This document shows positions 1 through 9,231 of a stretch of 64,000 nt of DNA, in pieces. This stretch comes from an uncultured Methylomirabilota bacterium (GTDB taxonomy: Bacteria; Methylomirabilota; Methylomirabilia; Methylomirabilales; 2-02-FULL-66-22): NCBI GenBank assembly GCA_963845565.1, contig CAWJSJ010000005.1, positions 736,001 through 800,000 on the forward strand, given 5' to 3'. The position numbers and the translations under genes were made by a program. Positions within the stretch are counted from its first letter, which is position 1, and each line of letters begins with the position of its first letter. Below the pieces are notes generated by a model. The model ran no database searches and had not been told where the DNA came from. It worked only from the letters and a program-made list of their open reading frames with translations.

Positions 1-1
1 G

Positions 2-172
2 ATGACCCTGCAGTTCTGGCCGGGCGCGGTCGTGATGATGCTGATCGCGACGATGACCGCCTCGCTGGTGACCAATAGCGGCCGATCGACGTGGTTCGTC
101 GGGGTGCTGGTGATCATGGTATACGCGATTTTCGCCATGACCCTTTACCTGTTACCGCCCCGCGTGCAGTGA
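2..172 (+). CDS. Ca2+/H+ antiporter (CaCA/ChaA family), C-terminal fragment (5' end outside window)
   Basis: Reads ..TLQFWPGAVVMMLIATMTASLVTNSGRSTWFVGVLVIMVYAIFAMTLYLLPPRVQ*, resembling the G-x-S-x-W-F-x-G terminal helices of Cax/ChaA. Confidence 0.7.
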   Translation: MTLQFWPGAVVMMLIATMTASLVTNSGRSTWFVGVLVIMVYAIFAMTLYLLPPRVQ

Positions 173-195
173 GAATGAAAATCCGGCGGCAAGGC

Positions 196-299
196 AAGCC
201 GTTGTTAAAGAATAAGTTGAGCGGAGATATCCCGAAACGGCATAAGGAGCCGTAACGAAATAGAATAAGATGGATGTGTTATTTCGTAACGGCTCCTAA
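196..299. repeat. 104-bp dispersed repeat (family B) containing an inner inverted-repeat mini-element flanked by TAA
   Basis: Near-identical to 25545-25648; inner IR taa-GGAGCCGTAACGAAATA...TATTTCGTAACGGCTCC-taa. Confidence 0.85.
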
Positions 300-492
300 G
301 CTCGTGCCTGAAGGGCAATTCGTCGCCCAAGTGGAAGCCGACCTCATCGAGACCGATTCTGGCTGGGCTCCGCACCTCCCCCTCGACGATGCGTGCACGC
401 TCGACGAGGTTCGCGAAGCCTTACGCCGTGGCGACATCCAGTCCGCATCCCGCAATGCCCAAGTCTTTCTCCTCACCCCCGTCGCCCTGTAA
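274..492 (+). pseudogene. Small hypothetical protein, N-terminus apparently replaced by the family B repeat
   Basis: KLVPEGQFVAQVEADLIETDSGWAPHLPLDDACTLDEVREALRRGDI looks protein-like; the annotated ATG lies inside the repeat. Confidence 0.5.
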
Positions 493-589
493 CAGTCCGC
501 CTGGGCGAGCTGCGGAAGTCTCCCAAGCGTCGCCGTGATCGGCGACGCTTGATCCGCCCCGTTTCGCCGCCCACAGGGGTTTCCATTAA

Positions 590-630
590 GCCCGCACTAT
601 TCGCGAACGCAGTTCACGAGTTGTGCGGGC
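590..630. repeat. Imperfect palindromic element (family C) next to the toxin stop codon
   Basis: CCCGCACTATTCGCGAAC-gca-GTTCACGAGTTGTGCGGG; related perfect palindrome at 5115-5152. Confidence 0.7.
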
Positions 631-944
631 TAGGGGGTAAAGAGAGACGTATCCAGCAGCCGTGCGCCGTGGATCACTCGCAGAATGACGACCCTGGAGC
701 CGGCGATGCGGAAGATGGTGCGATAGGAGGCGTGGATCAGATGACGGTAGGATGTGCCGAGGATTTCGTTTTCGGGGATACGGGAGCAGCGTTCGGGAAA
801 CTTCTCCAGCGAGGCGATCTGTTCTTCGAGCGCCAGAACAAAGGCTTCGGCATTGGTGGGGCTGTCCTGGGCGATGTAGTCCCAGATCTCCGCAATGTCG
901 GCCTCTGCGGACGGGGTGATCTCAACGATGAATTTTGCGGGCAC
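630..944 (-). CDS. Type II toxin, RelE/ParE family
   Basis: GTG start overlapping the antitoxin; IVEITPSAEADIAEIWDYIAQDSP...YRTIFRI...VVILRVIHGAR. Confidence 0.9.
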   Translation of the reverse strand: MPAKFIVEITPSAEADIAEIWDYIAQDSPTNAEAFVLALEEQIASLEKFPERCSRIPENEILGTSYRHLIHASYRTIFRIAGSRVVILRVIHGARLLDTSLFTP

Positions 945-1200
945 GTTTAAACTCGGCCAGGAACTCGCGGGCCGGTCGGGTCCGTTCCTCGGTCGCTTCG
1001 GTTTCAGCCGGGGCCAAGAGTCGGGCCAGATTCGCGGCTTGGAGATGCTTCTGATAGACGGCCGCATCCAGAATCACAGAGTCCGCCCGGCCATTCACGG
1101 TCAACACGACGGGGCGGCCGGTGGCGTGCACGTGGTCGAGAATCTCGCGCGTATGGCGCTTTAGATCGGTGACGGAGCGAATGTCTTCGGCAAAGTTCAT
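922..1200 (-). CDS. Type II antitoxin, Phd/YefM family
   Basis: DIRSVTDLKRHTREILDHVHATGRPVVLTVNGRADSVILD; AAGGAG RBS. Confidence 0.9.
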   Translation of the reverse strand: MNFAEDIRSVTDLKRHTREILDHVHATGRPVVLTVNGRADSVILDAAVYQKHLQAANLARLLAPAETEATEERTRPAREFLAEFKRARKIHR

Positions 1201-1234
1201 AGTGATGCTCCTTTAGGCACACGATTAGGTACGT

Positions 1235-1263
1235 AATATAGCTCCATCTCCCCAAGGCGTCAA
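1235..1263 (-). promoter_or_regulatory. Sigma70-type promoter of the TA operon
   Basis: TTGACG-N17-TATATT on the minus strand; nearby TTAGGYAC direct repeats could be the antitoxin operator. Confidence 0.7.
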
Positions 1264-1666
1264 GGGCGCCATTCCCCCCCAAATCTCCGGCTAACGCCAG
1301 GGCGGCCTTCGTGCGAGTGGACGCGGCCGGGGGCCGGCCCGGCCCCTCCGGCCGCCTGGCGCCTGCACCCACCCGGTTGGGTGGGTACCCGGAACCGCCC
1401 GGCCTTGCGCCGGGTCGCCCCGCCCGGGGGCGGGGCTCCGGACCGGCGCCGGCCGGGCCGCGGGCGCAGCGGCGTCGGGGCCGGCCCGGCCCCCGGCCTT
1501 CGCGGTGTCACCCCGTGGGTGCCCCCGCCCCGCGCTGGCGGCATCGCAGGGGGCCGCCCCGGCTGCGGTCGCGACGCGCTGTCCGTCCCCCCTGCGTGCG
1601 CTAGCCGGGGAACAGGGTCCCCGCACCAATCCGGACGGGCGGTCATCCCACTCAGATTTCCCTAAT

Positions 1667-1710
1667 TTCGAAGTTCGAACTTCGGACTTCGAATTTTCCT
1701 CAGCAGCCTG
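1667..1710 (-). repeat. Partial family A MITE end with TTCGAAN heptamer array
   Basis: Minus strand CAGGCTGCTGAGGAAAATTCGAAGTCCGAAGTTCGAACTTCGAAATT, similar to 12867-12972. Confidence 0.7.
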
Positions 1711-1732
1711 CTATAGGACCAAGGTCCGATAG
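1711..1732. promoter_or_regulatory. Palindromic candidate regulator-binding site
   Basis: CTATAGGACC-AA-GGTCCGATAG (10-bp arms, 1 mismatch) upstream of the receiver/decarboxylase operon. Confidence 0.5.
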
Positions 1733-1795
1733 ACGCCCCTCCTCGCCCCGCATAGACTCCTGCCGTTACCCGTTTCCCTTCCCCGGAGGCGGCCT

Positions 1796-2167
1796 GTGTC
1801 TCCACAGCTCGTGGCGGTTGTTGATGACGATGCCTCCGTGAGGCGGGCGCTGACGCGCCTCCTTCAGTCGGCAGGTCTCCGGGTCGTGTCGTATGCCTCG
1901 GCGAGCGAGTTTCTCGACACCGGGCTCTCGATCGCCCCGGACTGCCTAATTCTCGACATTCACCTGGGGGGTATGAGCGGACTGGAGCTGCTTTCGCGGC
2001 TTCGGGAACTGGGACATAACCTACCAGTCCTGATCATCACTGCGCACGACGACGCACAAGCGCGCGAGGCGGCCGCACGAGGGGGATGTGCGGTCTACCT
2101 CTGCAAGCCCCTTGAAGCGAAGGTGCTTCTGGAGGAGGTCGCCACGGCGATGACGCGTGCGGCGTGA
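1796..2167 (+). CDS. Single-domain response regulator receiver (FixJ-like)
   Basis: VAVVDDD, CLILDIHLGGMSG, IIITAHD, KP motifs; GGAGG RBS. Confidence 0.9.
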   Translation: MSPQLVAVVDDDASVRRALTRLLQSAGLRVVSYASASEFLDTGLSIAPDCLILDIHLGGMSGLELLSRLRELGHNLPVLIITAHDDAQAREAAARGGCAVYLCKPLEAKVLLEEVATAMTRAA

Positions 2168-2311
2168 GTATCCGCCGCGGCGCGTCTTGGCGTCGTGGCG
2201 GGTTGCGAATTTCGGAATGCGGTTTGCGGATTGTGGAAAGAGGAGAACAGGGAGGAGCCACTCCGTTCGGCGGCATCTTCGCCGCCTTTCACGAACAGAA
2301 AGGAGCGTCCG

Positions 2312-5098
2312 ATGAGCAAAGCAACAACGTCCGTTCCGAGAATCGACCATTTCTTTTCCGCCGTGGCGGCGCGCTTGGATCGCTGGCGCGATTTGAACAG
2401 GGCGGCGCAGACCTGGGCGGCAAGTCAGGCCGGTGGCGACACGGCGGGTCTGCAGGCGGCCTGCGCCGACGCGCTCGCCGAGCTGCTGCCGATGGAGGAC
2501 TTTCAGGCCTACCCGGGCGCCCGCCTGCTCAATGCCATCAAGGACCGGTTGGCCGGCGGCGACGCGCTGGGCACAGCGCGTCTTGTGCAGCGCGTCTCGT
2601 CGGCCCTCATGTCGCGGAGCTACCGGAGCGATGCCGGGGAGTGGGAAACGGAAGACGACGCGGCCGGCGCGGAACGCGTGATGCCCACCGCGCTCGGCGA
2701 AACGACGGCAAAGCCCTACTTCGAAGTGCTGTTCGTGACCCCCACGCCCCCATCGCGCTGGCCCATGCAGGTCCAGCAGGTCCGGAAGCTGCGGCGAGCC
2801 CAGGACGAATTCGTCTACGAGCCCGTGTTTGTCGGCACGTTCGAGGACGCGGCGCTGGGCGTGATTCTCAACACCAACCTCGAGGCGGTGGTGATCTATG
2901 ACGGGTTCCCCTACGCATCGGCGCACGACGTGCCGTTGCTCAAAAGCGTGCTCGCCTCCAAGCTGTCGGTCGGCGCGGACGATCGTGCGCCGAAAGACTA
3001 CGGCCTGAAACTGGCGGAGATCGTGAAACGCTATCGGCCGGAGCTCGACATCTATCTCCTCTCCGACAAGAAACCCGACGCGATCATCTCGGACCCCGCG
3101 GCCGTGGGCCTGCGCCGCGTCTTCTACGAGGTCGAGGAGCCGCTGGAGCTTCACCTCTCGATCCTGGCCGGCGTGGCGGAGCGGTACGAGACGCCGTTCT
3201 TCAACAACCTCAAGAAGTACGCCCAGAAGCCGGTGGGGACCTTCCACGCGCTGCCGGTGGCGCGCGGTAAATCCATCTTCAAGTCGAACTGGATCCGCGA
3301 CATGGGCGAGTTCTACGGGGCCAACCTGTTCCTGGCGGAATCGTCGGCGACCACGGGCGGGCTGGACAGCCTGCTGGAGCCCACGGGCAACATCAAGAAG
3401 GCCCAGGACGCCGCGGCGCGCGCATTTGGCGCCGACCGAGTGTTCTTCGTGACCAACGGGACCTCGACCTCCAACAAGATGGTCCACCAGGCGCTGCTCA
3501 CGCCGGGAGACATCGTGATCGCCGACCGCAACTGTCACAAGTCGCACCACTACGGGATGGTCCTGGCGGGCGCGCAGCCGTACTACGTCGAGGCCTTCCC
3601 CATGGTGGCATACTCGATGTACGGCGCTGTGCCGGTGCGGGCCGTCAAGAAGGCCCTGCTTGACCTCAAGGCGGCGGGTCGGCTGGACAAGGTGAAGATG
3701 GTCACGCTGACGAACTGCACCTTCGACGGCCACGTCTACGACACGCGCCGCGTGATGGAAGAGTGCCTGGCGATCAAGCCGGATCTGGTGTTCTTGTGGG
3801 ATGAGGCCTGGTTCGGCTTCGCCCGCTTCTCCCCGCTCTACCGCCCGCGCACGGCGATGGGCGCGCGCGCGGCGCTGAAAGAGGCCTTTGCCGATCCGGC
3901 CTACCTGGAGCGATACCTCGCGCAGGAGAAGCAATTCGGCAAGAATCTGGATCCCAAGGACAAGCGGTTGCTCGAGGCCCGGCTCATCCCCGACCCGCGC
4001 AAGGCGAAGCTCCGGGTCTACCAGACGAACTCGACGCACAAGTCCATGTCCGCGCTGCGGCAGGGCTCGATGGTGCTGGTGGGCGACGAGGACTACCTGC
4101 TGCACGAGCAAGCCTTCAAGGAGGCGGTGTTCACCCATGCCTCGACTTCTCCCAACCAGCAACTCATCGCGTCGCTGGACATCGCGCGCCGGCAGATGGA
4201 GCTGGAAGGCTACGAATTGGTGATGCAGGCGATCACGCTTGCCATCGAGATCCGCCGCGCGGTGAACACGCATCCCCTGGTGTCCAAGTATTTCAAGGTT
4301 TTGACGGTGGAGGAGATGGTGCCGGCCGAGTTCCGCCAGTCCGGCCTCAAGAGCTACATCGAGGACGGGATCACCTGGCTGGATGCGGCGCGGGCCTTCC
4401 GCGAGGACGAGTTCATCCTGGATCCGACCCGGCTCACCCTGGTGTGTGGGACCGCGGGCTACGACGGGACGCAGTTCAAGAACCTGCTGGCGGCCGAGTA
4501 CGAGATCCAGCTCAACAAGACCTCGCGCAATTCGGTCCTGCTGCAGACCAACATCAACAACACGCGGAGCGACGTGGCGAACCTGCTCAAGGTGCTGGTC
4601 GAGATCTCCAAGGAGATCGAGGAGCGCCTCAAGAGCGGCGGCGAAGCCGCGCAGAAGGCCTTCGCGGCGCGGGTGAAGTCGCTGATAGAGGACGTCCCTG
4701 ACCTCCCGAACTTCAGCTGCTTCCACGACCGGTTCCGCGACCAGCCGAAGGGTACGACGCTGGAAGGGGACATGCGCACCGCGTTCTACATGGCCTACGA
4801 CGAAGAAGGCTGCGAGCACGTCAGGCTCATGAGCCCCGAGATCGACAAGCGCCTCAAGTCCGGGCCGCCGCTGGTCTCGGCCCACTTCGTGATCCCGTAT
4901 CCGCCCGGCTTCCCCATCATGGTGCCCGGGCAGTTGATCAAGGCCGACACCATCGAGTTCATGCGCAAGTTGGACGTGAAGGAGATCCACGGCTACGACG
5001 CGACTCGGGGGCTCAAGCTGATCAGCCCCGCCAAGCTGGGCGGCAAGGCGGCGAAGGCGAAGCCGGCCGCCGCGAAGGCCGCGAGGAGGCGAAAGTAG
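2312..5098 (+). CDS. PLP-dependent Orn/Lys/Arg decarboxylase family protein
   Basis: FVTNGTSTSNK, DRNCHKSHH, WDEAW, STHK PLP-lysine motif, IPYPPGFP; AAGGAG RBS before ATG 2312. Confidence 0.9.
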   Translation: MSKATTSVPRIDHFFSAVAARLDRWRDLNRAAQTWAASQAGGDTAGLQAACADALAELLPMEDFQAYPGARLLNAIKDRLAGGDALGTARLVQRVSSALMSRSYRSDAGEWETEDDAAGAERVMPTALGETTAKPYFEVLFVTPTPPSRWPMQVQQVRKLRRAQDEFVYEPVFVGTFEDAALGVILNTNLEAVVIYDGFPYASAHDVPLLKSVLASKLSVGADDRAPKDYGLKLAEIVKRYRPELDIYLLSDKKPDAIISDPAAVGLRRVFYEVEEPLELHLSILAGVAERYETPFFNNLKKYAQKPVGTFHALPVARGKSIFKSNWIRDMGEFYGANLFLAESSATTGGLDSLLEPTGNIKKAQDAAARAFGADRVFFVTNGTSTSNKMVHQALLTPGDIVIADRNCHKSHHYGMVLAGAQPYYVEAFPMVAYSMYGAVPVRAVKKALLDLKAAGRLDKVKMVTLTNCTFDGHVYDTRRVMEECLAIKPDLVFLWDEAWFGFARFSPLYRPRTAMGARAALKEAFADPAYLERYLAQEKQFGKNLDPKDKRLLEARLIPDPRKAKLRVYQTNSTHKSMSALRQGSMVLVGDEDYLLHEQAFKEAVFTHASTSPNQQLIASLDIARRQMELEGYELVMQAITLAIEIRRAVNTHPLVSKYFKVLTVEEMVPAEFRQSGLKSYIEDGITWLDAARAFREDEFILDPTRLTLVCGTAGYDGTQFKNLLAAEYEIQLNKTSRNSVLLQTNINNTRSDVANLLKVLVEISKEIEERLKSGGEAAQKAFAARVKSLIEDVPDLPNFSCFHDRFRDQPKGTTLEGDMRTAFYMAYDEEGCEHVRLMSPEIDKRLKSGPPLVSAHFVIPYPPGFPIMVPGQLIKADTIEFMRKLDVKEIHGYDATRGLKLISPAKLGGKAAKAKPAAAKAARRRK

Positions 5099-5114
5099 CC
5101 GCCACACGAACTTG

Positions 5115-5152
5115 CCCGCATTATTCGCGAACGCGTTCGCGAATAATGCGGG
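5115..5152. repeat. Perfect 38-bp palindrome (family C)
   Basis: CCCGCATTATTCGCGAACGCGTTCGCGAATAATGCGGG is its own reverse complement. Confidence 0.85.
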
Positions 5153-5318
5153 AATGACCAAATCCCAATGACAAATGACCAAGTGTGGATGCGGTGTTAC
5201 GAAGGCACTTCGACGGCGCACGCATCCTGACGGACGGGTACCCGATGCACCCACCACCATTGGTCATTGGTAATCTGAGGACGAGCGTTTCAGCATCCCC
5301 TGTAAAGGAGGTAGGCCG

Positions 5319-7022
5319 ATGCAAGCGTTCTTTCAGTTCCTGCAGGCCAATCCGTTCCTGTTGTTGTTTTTCACCGTTGCCCTGGCTGTCTGGATTGGAC
5401 GGTTCTCGGTCAAGGGATACGGCCTCGGCATGGTCGCGGCGGCGATCGTCGTCGGGGTCGCGCTGGCCACCTGGGCCTCGGTCTACGGCGTCAAGCTGCA
5501 GCTCGACAACTTCGCCAAGTCGCTGATGTACTATCTGTTCATGTACGGCGTCGGATTGCGAGTCGGTCCCTCGTTCTTCAACAGTCTGAAGAAAGACGGC
5601 CTGACCTTCACGATTCTGGCCGTCATCTGCAGCGTGCTCGGTCTGGGCCTCGTCGTCATCTTCAGTCGGCTGTTCGGTTTGCCGGCGGGCGCCGCGGGCG
5701 GCATTCTGGCCGGGTCGCAGACCATGTCGGCGGCGATCGGGACCGCCGAGATGGCCATCACGCAGGGGGCGTACGCCGTGCCGGCGGGATCCACCGAAGG
5801 AGGCCGTGACGGCGATGATCGCCCTTGGCTACGGCATCAGCTACATCTGGGGAACGGTCGGGATCATCCTGATCTGCAAGTACCTGCCGAAGTGGTGGGG
5901 CGTGGATGCCAGGAAGGCCGCGAAGGAGTACGAGAAGAGCACGGAGTGCGCGAACCTCGACGACGCCGGCCTCACCGGCTACCGCGCCGGGCGGGCTCCG
6001 CGCCTACCGGCTGGAGAACAAGCAGACTGCCGGCAAGACGATCGCCCAGCTTCGGCAGACGTATCCGCAGTACCGGATCGTCAATGTGGTGCGCGGCGGT
6101 GAGCCGCTGGGCGCGAGCGCGGATCTCGTCATGCAGCTCGGCGACGTCGTGGCCCTGGGGGGCCGGCTCGAAGATCTAACCGCCAACATGGGTTTGCTGG
6201 GCACGGAAGTGCCAGACTCCAAGGCGCTGGCCGTCCCGCTCGACCAGGCCGAGATCCTGGTCACCAACAAGGGCGTCGAAGGCCGAGAGCTGAAGGAGTT
6301 TCGTCATGAGGAGTTCGCAGGCCAGCTCCAAGTCGTCAAGATGGAGCGCGGCGGCGTGCCGCTCCCCGCTGGGACCTGACACCACGCTGCAGCGGCTAGA
6401 TGTGCTCTACGTGGTGGGCCTGAAGAGTGCCGTGCAAAAAATTGGCGACGCGCTGGGCAAGGTGGCTCGTCCGAGCACGGGGACCGACCTGCTGACGTTG
6501 TCGGTGGGCATGATCCTCGGGCTCCTGATCGGCTTGATCAACGTTCCGGTGGGTAGCTTCTCGGTCGGGCTTGGGCAATGCCGGCGGCCTGCTGTTGTCG
6601 GGGATCTTCGTTTCGTCGGCGGTCTCGCGTCTGCGGTTCTTCGGCAGCACCCCAATGCGGCGCGCAACATCCTGGAGGATCTGGGCCTCGTCACCTTCGT
6701 CGCGATCGTGGGCATCAATGCCGGCGCCTCGCTTCTGGCGCAGCTCACCGGCGTGATCGCGCTCAAGATCTTCCTGGTCGGTTTCATCGCCTGCACGATC
6801 CCGCCGTTCGTCACCTGGGCGATCGGCTACCACCTGTTCAAGGTCAACCCGGCCGTGCTGATGGGCGGCGTGGCGGGTGCCCGCTCGCACTCCGGCCCCT
6901 GCCGCGAGGCGGCCAAGGAGATCGACAGCTCGGTGCCGTGGGTCGGTTTCCCGGTCGGCTACGCCGTCTCGGGCGTGCTCCTGACGGTGTTCGGCTACTT
7001 CGCGATGGTGTTGTCGCAGTAA
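5319..7022 (+). CDS. AspT/YidE/YbjL family amino-acid antiporter with TrkA-C domains (several frameshifts)
   Basis: FMYGVGLRVGPSFF, AGSQTMSAAIG and GYAVS motifs spread over several frames. Confidence 0.8.
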
Positions 7023-7115
7023 ATTCGCCGAGGGAATCCCCCGGCCCTGTCGGGGGAGTCCTAGAGTTCAGCCGGCAGGGCAATCATCGGCGGGAGGACA
7101 CGTGGACTTTCTCAT

Positions 7116-7732
7116 ATGGGCGCGGCGGCACGATCGTGCGTCGCCGTCTCCGGAACGGAGACGAGCGCGTCACGAAGCCGTCTTCGGCGTGGTGCGCGTG
7201 GGGGCGACCCGTCCATGGTCGCCCTGGCGCTTGCCGCGGCCGCCTGCGGGCCGGCGGCGGAGCCGCCGACGCCTCCGGCGGCCGCCGGCGAGTGGCGGGA
7301 GTTCGCGGGCTCCTGGAACGCCGCCGGCAGCCGCCGGACCATTCCCCTCGGCGCGGATCGCCGGGGCTCGATCATCGACCTGAGGGGCACGATGCTGCTC
7401 GCGGGCGCGGGGCGCCCCGGCGTCGGATTCCGCGCGGAGGTGATCGCGCTCGTCCGACAGCGACACGGGACTCGTCGGCCGCAGCGTCTGGACGGACGAG
7501 CGCGGCGACCAGGTCTTCAGCGAACTCAAGGGCGAAGGCACCGCGGCGCAAAACCGCATCGCCGGGACGATCCTGGGCGGCACCGGCCGGTATGCCGGCG
7601 CGACGGGCTCCTATGAGTTCTCCTGGCAGCTTCGTGATCGAGGCGGAGGACGGCTCGATCCAGGGGCGCGCCGTCGGGCTCAAGGGCCGCGTTCGGCCCG
7701 GCCAACCCGCCGCAGGAGGTGCGCGGCCATGA
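7116..7732 (+). CDS. Hypothetical lipoprotein (frameshifted; start uncertain)
   Basis: Lipobox-like ALAAAAC; stitched frames give ...GRSVWTDERGDQVFSEL...ILGGTGRYAGATGSYEF... Confidence 0.55.
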
Positions 7733-9134
7733 TCGCACCCGGATTGCTCCTGAAGCGCGCGGTGCCCTTCGCGATCGCGATCGGCATCTGGTTCGCCCCG
7801 GTTCCGGCCGGCCTCACGGCGCCGGCGTGGCACCTGTTCGCGGTCTTCGTCGCCGCCATCGCGTCGGTGCTCATCGGCGCGTTCCCGCTGCTCACGGCCT
7901 CGATGCTCGCCGTGGGAGCCGTCGTCCTCACCGGGACGATCACGCCGGCACAGGCGTTCTCGGGGTTCGCCAATGCGAGCGTGCTGCTCGTGGTGGTCGC
8001 GTTCATCGTCGCGCAGGCGGTGGTGAAGTCGGGGCTCGGCCGGCGGATCAGCCTCTTCATGGTGAGCCGCTTCGGCGGCTCCTCGCTCGGTCTCGCCTAC
8101 AGCATCGTGCTCACCGACGCGGCCATCGCGCCGGCGTTCCCCAGCAACACGGCGCGCGGCGGCGTGCTCTTCCCGATCGTGCTGTCCGTGGCCAAGGGGG
8201 CGGGCTCCAAGCCCGACGACCCCGAGGGGCGGCGGCTCGGCGGCTATCTCATGTTCTGCGCGATGGCGAGCCTCGCGGTCTCCTCCGCCCTCTGGATGAC
8301 GGCCACCTCCTGCAACCCGATCGGCGTGCAGATCGCGCAGAAAGCCGGGCTCGAGATCGGCTTCGGCAAGCTGGTTCCTCGCCTCCTCGGTGCCCTCGCT
8401 CCTCGCGATCGCGATGTTGCCCCTGCTCGTCGCGAAGCTCTTCCCGCCCCGCGTCGGCGCGACGCCCGACGCGCCCGCGGCGGCCCGCAAGGACCTCGCC
8501 GGCATGGGGCCGATGTCGCGCGACGAGTGGATCACGGCAGTGACCTTCGCGGTGATGGTCGCCGGCTGGGTGTTCGGCAGTGCGCTGAATCTCAACGGGA
8601 CCAGCGTCGCGTTCATGGGATTCGGCGTGCTGCTGGTGGCCGGCGTGCTCACGCTCGACGACATCTCCAAGCAGGGCGACACGCTGGCGACCTTCCTCTG
8701 GCTCGCGGTCCTGTTCGCCCTGAGCGGCGCAGCTGAACGAACTCGGCTTCATGGGCTACGTGGGCGAGCGCCTGGCCTCGCGCCTGGGCGGCCTGTCGTG
8801 GCCGGCCCTGTACGTGACCCTGATCGTCCTCTACGTCGGCATCCACTACCTGTTCGTGAGCCAGACCTCGCAGGTGCTGGCGCTGTTCGGCGTCTTCCTC
8901 GATGTCGGCATGCGCGGCGGGGTGCCCGTGCCGCTGATGGCCTTCGGCCTGCTCTTCGCGAGCAGCTACTTCTCGGTGATCACCCCGCAGGGCGGAAGCC
9001 AGAACATCATCTTCGTGGCGAGCGGCTATCTCACGCAGGGCGAGCTCTACAAGCTGGGGCTCTTCACCACCCTCGCCTTCCTGGCGGTGTACCTGCTGAT
9101 CGGGTCGCCGTGGGTGTACTTCGTCATGGGTTGA
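7729..9134 (+). CDS. DASS family divalent anion/Na+ symporter (frameshifted)
   Basis: AWHLFAVFV, KSGLGRRI, PSNTARGG, HYLFVSQT, GYLTQ motifs. Confidence 0.85.
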
Positions 9135-9231
9135 CGACTGCCGCCGCTTGAGCGCGCTGTCGAGAATGGCCGTGCTCGCCGAGACGGCAAGTGTTGCAGC
9201 CGGACAGTCTGATTCTCAGAGGAGGTGAACC

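Noticed and set aside
2021..5260. 1079-aa antisense ORF and similar long shadow ORFs (e.g. 52146-54572, 48757-50886, 37791-40067)
   Set aside because: They mirror genuine genes on the opposite strand; expected from high GC3 codon bias, with no recognisable motifs
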